From the human T2T-CHM13v2.0 reference genome, Homo sapiens: DNA of 64,000 nucleotides. The position numbers and the translations under genes are program-made. Below the pieces are notes generated by a model. It searched no databases. It was not told where the DNA came from and was given only the letters and a program-made list of their open reading frames with translations. The stretch lies in assembly GCF_009914755.1 (NCBI RefSeq), contig NC_060940.1; one strand, given 5' to 3'. Positions 55,971 through 64,000 of the stretch are shown here, piece after piece; within the stretch, counting starts at the first letter, position 1; each line of letters opens with the position of its first letter.

Positions 55971-56565
55971 TAAACTCTCTCTCTTTTGGAAGTTTTATAT
56001 GAAGACAAATCAACTGTGGCCTAATCCGACTTTGTAAATAAGCACCAAACACTTTCCCTCTTTTCTGGCAGACGACTGAGATGAAAATAACCAGCTAGTT
56101 TTGTTGGATAGAGCAGGGGTTGACAAATTTTTTTCTGTAAAGGACCAAATAGTACATATTTTAGACTTTGTGAGCCCACATGATCTCTGCTGCAACTACT
56201 TGTCATACAAAAGTAGCCATAGACAATATATGAATAAGCATGATGTTTTTCAATAAAACTTTATTTATGGACACTAAAATTTGAATTTCATAGAAGTTTC
56301 ATGTATTATGAAACATGATTCTTTAGTTTCTTCCCCACACTGTTTAGTTAGCTTGCAAGCTATACAAAAAAAACTGGCAGCAGGGTGCATTTGGCTATCG
56401 GGCCATAGGTTGCTGCTCTCTGCCCTGGTATAAGAGAATCCCTTGGCTGGGTGTGGTGGCTCACGCCTGTAATCCCAGCACTTTGGGAGGCTGAGGTGGG
56501 CGGATCACCTAAGGTTGGGAGTTCAAGACCAGCCTGACCAACATGGAGAAACCCCATCTCTACTA

Positions 56566-56824
<259 letters not shown>

Positions 56825-56983
56825 TTATGAATGCAAAAACTGAGGTTTAGCTTTGTTGGGCTTTAAAATTCCCAAAAAACAAATAGCTGTTTCCAATGTT
56901 GATTAAAATTCCGAAGAACCCCAGAAATGTAGGATAGAGGCAGGAGGCGGGAGGCAGGACAAATGATACCTGGAAAACAGTAG

Positions 56984-57305
<322 letters not shown>

Positions 57306-58091
57306 TAATAATTTTTAAAAATCAGACTTGCTCACATTGAATCTACCTTTCCAGCTACGTCTCCTATTACCTTCTCCAACAACTTTTCATGGCATATACC
57401 AGAGCTGTAAGATAACTTCTCAGGATTTCCTTAATACCTCTCTTTGCTTTTCCAATACCTCTCTTTGCTTTTCCAAATGCTGTCTCTTCTGCCTAGAACA
57501 TCCTTCCTGGCAAACTCCTATTCATTTTTCAAAATCCTGGGCCATTGTCAGGCCTCCAAGACTTCCCCAACCTTCCCATCCCTTCTCTGTATTCCATGGT
57601 TCTTGTTCAAATAGTGAGTAAATCAGGTATGACATGGTATCAACATTATTCATCTATGGCCTGCCTTCTGCTATACTGAAGAGCTTCTTTCTTTTTTAGA
57701 GAGGAAGTCTCACTCTGTCGCCCAGGCTGGAGTGCAGTGATACGATCCCTGCTCGCTACAACCTCTGCCTCCTGGGTTCAAGCAATTCTCCCACCTCAGC
57801 CTCCTGAGTAGCTGGGATTACAGGTGTGCGCCACTATGCCTGGCTAATTTTTGTATTTTTAGTAGAGACAGTGTTTTGCAATGTTGGCCAGGCTAGTTTC
57901 GAACTCCTGACCTCAGGTGATCCACCCACCTCAGCTTTCCAAAGTGCTGGGATTACAGACATGAGCCACCCTGCCTGGCCTAGACTGAAAGTTTCTAAGG
58001 GGCAGGACTGTGTCTTGGTCATCTTCCCAGCCACCATCCTGATGTCTGGAGGTTGGGTCCCAGAGAAGGCAGTGGTGGGACAGCATCTCAC

Positions 58092-58317
58092 CTGAATCTG
58101 GCATTGGTGCTCTCAGGAACAATCACCTCCTCACAAATCTTCTCCAGGGTAGGCATCCAGCTTGCGGCCAGGTGGCAGTTCTGTAAGACCACCCAGGTCC
58201 CGTCTTTGATGGCATTGTTGATCATTTTGGCAGCAATAGGGCCTTGGCCTTGGCCAAGGGAGATGGTCTGTGTTCTGGTACCTCCCATACCAAGATCATC
58301 AGCAAACTTCAGCAGGC
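58092..58317 (-). CDS. DNAH3: DNAH3 exon (AAA6: LLKFADD...ISLGQGQG...WVVLQNCHL...NARF)
   Basis: cag acceptor 58320-58318, donor AG|GTGAGA; 226 nt, phase 1 to 2. Confidence 0.95.
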
Positions 58318-58387
58318 CTGAGACCAGGAAGAAAGGAGGCTTTTGAAAGACGACAGGCCAGCTAACAGTAACAGAACAGCTATATCA

Positions 58388-58519
<132 letters not shown>

Positions 58520-58521
58520 TT

Positions 58522-58524
<3 letters not shown>

Positions 58525-58568
<44 letters not shown>
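58525..58568. repeat. (CA)22 microsatellite at the end of an Alu monomer
   Basis: Direct reading. Confidence 0.95.
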
Positions 58569-58571
<3 letters not shown>

Positions 58572-59469
58572 CAACACAAAAGGTGGGGTTCACATTAAAT
58601 TTTGGACTCAGAAAAAAACTCATTGGCTTCTGTTAATTACAAAATAAACATCTCTCTGGGGAAACTTTAGACATCAGATCAGATGGCAGATGAAGCTACC
58701 ATCAACTTCTCTTTTGCTTTAAACACATAGACATTCTTGATAAAAAAAGAAATTATCTGAACTGAAAAGAAACAAAAAAAATCAAGGTTTGAAAGAAAAG
58801 GATATTCCCAGGTGCCCAAAACGGGGAACTCAAAAATAAAGAGGTGAGCACATCAAATAACTAGGAAACTGATTTTTGCCAATTTATTTTAACAAGAAAT
58901 ATAAGCATTTGTAAAGTGAAATAAGTCTCTCACTTCTCTCTTCTCAGTGGTAGCCAATGTGATTAGATTTGTGAATCCTTCAAGAAATATTTTGTGTATT
59001 TAAATAAATGCATATATACTATTAAATTTATATGAATTGTAGAATACTGCATTTTTTTCCCACTTAACAATGTACATATCTTATAGGTCTCTTCCACACT
59101 AGTACATGTATAAAGGCTTTTTTCTTTCATGGATACATAGTATATCACCATTGGAAAATACTACACTTTATTTCATTACTCTAGATGTTAAAGTTTTAAT
59201 GTCCATGGGAGATATAGCTTTGCACTCATAAGAGGTGGGGAGCTGGAACCGAGACACTTGCATAAAGTTAGAATTCTCAAAGTGCCGTACCTTCATGTTA
59301 TGAAGGCCAGACCTTTGGCCAGATGTGGTGGCTCACGCCTGCAATCCCAGCACTTTGGGAGGCCGAGACGAGCGGATCACTTGAGGTCAGGAATTCGAGA
59401 CCAGCATGGCCAACATGGTGAAACCCCATCTCTACTAAAAATACAAAAATTAGCTGGGCTAATTAACTA

Positions 59470-59689
<220 letters not shown>

Positions 59690-60075
59690 TCATAACTGGT
59701 CTGGAGCCTGGATGGAAAAAATAACTCTCCAGTTTAAAAATCAAAACACTAAGTTTATGCCACATGAATTTGAGGAGTGTGAGTTCACGGTACTCTCTGG
59801 TGTGGGATTCCTAAGCTGAGAAATTTCCCATAAAATTTGATCCAGAATGGCGACCCCCACCTCACCCTCTGGGGTACCACTGTTTGCACATGCAAAGTTG
59901 TTCTGTAAGGACACTCCTTAAACCCAAAGTATATGAGACTCCTGCTAAACAACACAAATTTGCTGATGGTGAACTCACACTAAAAAAAAACCTACACGAG
60001 GAAGTACATCACTATGAGGGGCAGGCAGCACATAAAAAGATCAGGGTTAATATTCTAAGGATTACATATGGTCTC

Positions 60076-60670
60076 TGTTACGAACTGCATCGTGTCCCTA
60101 GCAAAATTCATATGTTGAAGTCCTAATTCCAGGTACCTCAGAATGTAACTGTTCAGTAGTTGGAGATAGGGTCTTTGCGGAGGCAAAGTTAAAATGAGTT
60201 CATTCAATGAGAACACTTGGACACAGGAAGGGGAACATCACACACCAGGGCCTGTCGTGGGGTGCGGGGAGGGAGAAAGGATAGCATTAGGAGATACACC
60301 TAATGTAAATGATGAGTTAATGGTTGCAGCACACCAACATGGCACATATATACATATGTAACAAACTTGCACGTTGTGCACATGTACCCTAGAACGTAAA
60401 GTATAATAATAAAAAATAAATGAATAAAAAAATAAAATAAAATAAAATAAAATAAAATAAAATGCGTTCATTAGAGTGGGCCTTAATCCAATATGACTGA
60501 TATCCTTATGAGAAGAGGAGATGAGGACAGACACAGAGAGAAGGCCCTGTGCAGACATAGGGAGAAGATGACCATCAGCAAGCCAATCAGAGAGGCCTCG
60601 AAAGAAACCATCCCCGCCAACAGCTTGATTTCAAACTTTCTTTAAGAATTGTGAGAAAATAAATTTCTGG
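60076..60670 (+). mobile_element. MLT1A-like MaLR LTR containing an L1PA 3' end (60205-60458)
   Basis: aaattcatatgttgaagtcct...gccttaatccaatatgactg...tgtgagaaaataaatttctg; L1 TSD aaaatg(a/c)gttcatt at 60191-60204 and 60459-60472. Confidence 0.8.
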
Positions 60671-61169
<499 letters not shown>

Positions 61170-61185
61170 CTAAAACTATTAAAGT

Positions 61186-61360
61186 CAGTGGTTCCCATCC
61201 CTGGCTGCACACTGGAATTACTGGAAAGGCTTCATAAAACACAATTCGTGGGTCTCACCCCAAAGATTTTAATTTAATTGGCCAAAGCTGTGGCCCGTGC
61301 ATTGTGAGGCTTCTTTAAACTCCCCAGGTGATTCCAATGTGCAGCCAAGATTGAGAACTG
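61186..61360. mobile_element. MER5-like hAT element
   Basis: cagtggttcccatccctggctgcacactggaatta...ctccccaggtgattccaatgtgcagccaagattgagaac. Confidence 0.7.
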
Positions 61361-62196
61361 TCACATCAGGTGAAAAGCTGGTGGGAAACTGTATAAGGGA
61401 GGGAGTGGGGGAATGGAGAGCCAGCTCATGCTGACAATGCCTGAGTCCCCAGATCTGTCTTTATCAGAAAAGACAGCCAGACAGTATGGATCTCATGACA
61501 TGCGGCACTAGAAGGGACACAGTGTGAAGTTTCCTGTGGAATCATCCGAGCTGAATCTCACCAAGCTTCTATTTTGTTCTTTTTTGGGGGGAGGGGGCAG
61601 GGTCTGTCACCTAGACTGGAGTGCAGTGGTGTGATCATAGCTCACTGCAGCCTTGACCTCTCAAGGCTGAAGGGATCCTCCTGCCTCAGCCTCCCAAGTA
61701 GCTGGGACTACAGGCATGTGCCACCATTTCCAGATAATTTTTTAATGTTTTATAGCAATGGAGGTCTCACTATGTTGCCCAGGCTGGTCTCAAACTCCTG
61801 GGCTCAAGCAATCCTCCCAACTCATTCTCCCAAAGTGCTGGGATTACAGGCATAAGCCACCTCTCCGGAACCCTCACCAGGTTTTTAAGGAAAGAACTTT
61901 GAATGAATTATCAAGATACAAAAGTGGGAAATTTCTCCATTTCTGGTTCTCTTGAAAAATCAGATGATCTAGCAATTCTGGGCTTACATTCCCAAATGGC
62001 CCAATTTGTGGATGCGGAGTAGCAGCTGACCTCTATAGGCAGAAAAGGACGAGTTCCGTGGCTCCACCTCAGCCTATGAACCACCTGGCCTTCAAAGCCA
62101 TCTGAACTTGAGATCCCTGCTGTAAGGGACGGGCTACTGATATCCACCCACACATACTGGGCTTTCCACGTCTCTCCCACAACACTCTGTTCTTAC

Positions 62197-64000
62197 CTGC
62201 CATTGGGTCTGCACTTGGAGACAACACAAAAATCAAAGGCGCACAGCAGCTGGAATCATTGTAGGATCCCTGGAGATCGAACGTAGGGGCTTCGATATAC
62301 AGCTTTCCCATATGTTCAGCAATGAACTCCCGGACCGCTGGCACCATTTTGTCAGGCCGCAAACATCGAAGGATCACCATCTTCTCCAATCCTTGAGAGA
62401 ACTTCCAAGACCCAGGGAGTTGCTCCTCATGGGGCCAGGCCGAGTCATAGATCAGCTTCCATTCACCCAGGTTCTGTTCCAAATGCTCCATCAGGCCATG
62501 CAGTTTGGGTAAGGCAGATGCACGGACAATCTCTGCCCATGCCTTCTCAGACAGCCATTGGGGAGCTGGATTGGGGTAGGGGTTATCCAGTGCGATGCCT
62601 CCAGTGAGAAGGAAGTACCACACCTCCTCCGTAATTTCCTTCTTCTGTTTCATGATGCCGATGGTCAGGAGGAGAGAGAAGAGTAGCTTGTCCTTCTCAA
62701 ACAGAGAACGGCACACGTTGTTGTAGATGCTCAGGGTGAAATGGTCAATGATGTACTTGATGCGCAGATTCAGTTCCTCGCTCTTCGTGCTGTGGGTCAA
62801 GGAATGCATGTAGAGATTTATGAACCAAGTCAGGGAGTACTGGTACATCGGCTCGATGTTGGCCAGGTCCGAGATACAAAAGAAGATGGTGGCAGAATGC
62901 ACAGCCACTGGCTTGTAGCCCATCCGAGTCTCGTCAATCTGCGTTTCTGTCATGGAAGCAACTTTCTGTTTCTCTGAGATCTCTTCAGATAGCACTTTGG
63001 AGGAGGACAGAACTTTGATGGCGGTTTCATCCTCCAGGATGTTACCCTTGGACATGGAGAGAACCTCCAAGATCTTATCTTCAATTTCCTTGAGATGCTT
63101 CTTGTTCTTGGCACTTTCCACAATCAACTGGTTCTTTTTCTCTTCCAGCTCTGGCTTCTCCTTCGCAGCCACGATGCCAAGGAGTTGATCTTGGAGACCC
63201 AAGGGGGTGATCATGAAGTTGAGGAGACAGACCTTCACGGCAACTTCTGGGAGGTAATGTGGATTCCTCAAACGGGTTGTGATGTATAACTTAAAATCCC
63301 TGGAATATTCAATGATGTTTTCACCCAGCCTCATGTACTCAACTCCTTGCTGTTTGAATGTTGCCTTGAGCAAGATAGGTTCGATAGAAGCATCCAGCTC
63401 TTCTCCAATGTTTTCAATCAAGACAGGGGTGCCTAACTGCAGCGCGTTTTCCAGCATCCTCATGTAGTTGCTATCAGAGAACTTGATGACAGCCAGTTTA
63501 TTCGCCTTCTCCATGTTCTTAATCCATTTATTGGCCTGCCCGTGAGGGTCAATCATTAAGGCCCAGCGTCTGGAATTGGATACAATGATGCCATTGTCGA
63601 TGGAGAAGGAGTCAACGGGAAGCCCAGCAATCTGCCAGGCACGGATTTTTATGGGATCCCCTAACGTGTGGCTGAGACTGAAGTCACTGAAGCCAGGGAT
63701 GACCTTGTCCTTACATTCAGCCAACCACTGATTTTGGCACTGGACCCGATAATCCACTGTAAAAGCGCCCAGGTAAGCCACAGTTCCTGAGGACAGCAAC
63801 ACGTCACCAGTCAGATTAGTATAGCGGATCCCCAGCTGTCGGGCAGCTTCGGTCCATCTGTCCTTCTCTCCCCCAAGACCACTGATCAGTTTCTCTGCCC
63901 TGACCAGCTTTTGGGAGCAGATTTCAATGTTTTCCTCCAAGTCCTTTTTCTTGGTGTTCATCTCTTCAAAGTCGTCATTCAGGGCCTGGAGCCGATCTAC
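62197..64000 (-). CDS. DNAH3: Dynein axonemal heavy chain 3, very large internal exon (probably exon 53; partial, continues past the window): stalk return coiled coil, AAA5, start of AAA6 region
   Basis: Open frame of about 600 aa with dynein motifs (LISGLGGEKDRW, GDVLLSSGTVAYLG, LMIDPHGQANKWIK, NPHYLPE, GLQDQLL, MYQYSL, RSLFEKDKLLFS, PLIFVLSPSADP); donor GCAG|GTAAGA, phase 1. Confidence 0.95.

Noticed and set aside
62069-62196. C-terminal tail (KNRVLWERR...) of the 630-aa ORF
   Set aside because: It lies past the GTAAGA donor; the dynein sequence continues in phase at 58317.
62312-63467. Several + strand ORFs opposite the large DNAH3 exon
   Set aside because: Antisense shadows of coding sequence, with no recognisable protein.

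Overview
Human-type (primate, Alu-dense) genomic DNA with two convergent protein-coding genes, matching my recollection of 16p12. On the + strand is LYRM1: a GC/CpG-rich 5' region at the window start, candidate non-coding 5' exons, three phase-0 coding exons (14470-14628, 19036-19128, 22914-23030; 122 aa, LYR motif) and a poly(A) signal at 23899. On the - strand are the last ten exons of the axonemal dynein heavy chain gene DNAH3 (stalk end, AAA5, AAA6, C-terminal domain). All nine DNAH3 introns are GT-AG and phase-consistent, ending at TGA 32069 with a very short 3'UTR. The rest is mostly transposon-derived: dozens of Alus, L1/L2/MIR fragments, an MST-type MaLR provirus, MLT/MER41B/MER4/MER21 LTRs and DNA-transposon relics. 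No new protein system is supported. The best leads are regulatory or structural: (i) the DNAH3 3' end was rebuilt by Alu and L1 insertions into one target site, now present three times; (ii) a MER41B with two intact GAS sites lies next to a MER4 LTR that looks like an antisense promoter/first exon; (iii) the LYRM1 AUG is the first base of its exon, so splicing sets its Kozak context and circles of these exons would be stop-free ORFs; (iv) a 22-nt copy of LYRM1 3'UTR sequence sits 2.1 kb downstream. Repeat names and exon numbers come from memory, not a search, and repeat boundaries are approximate unless TSDs are given.
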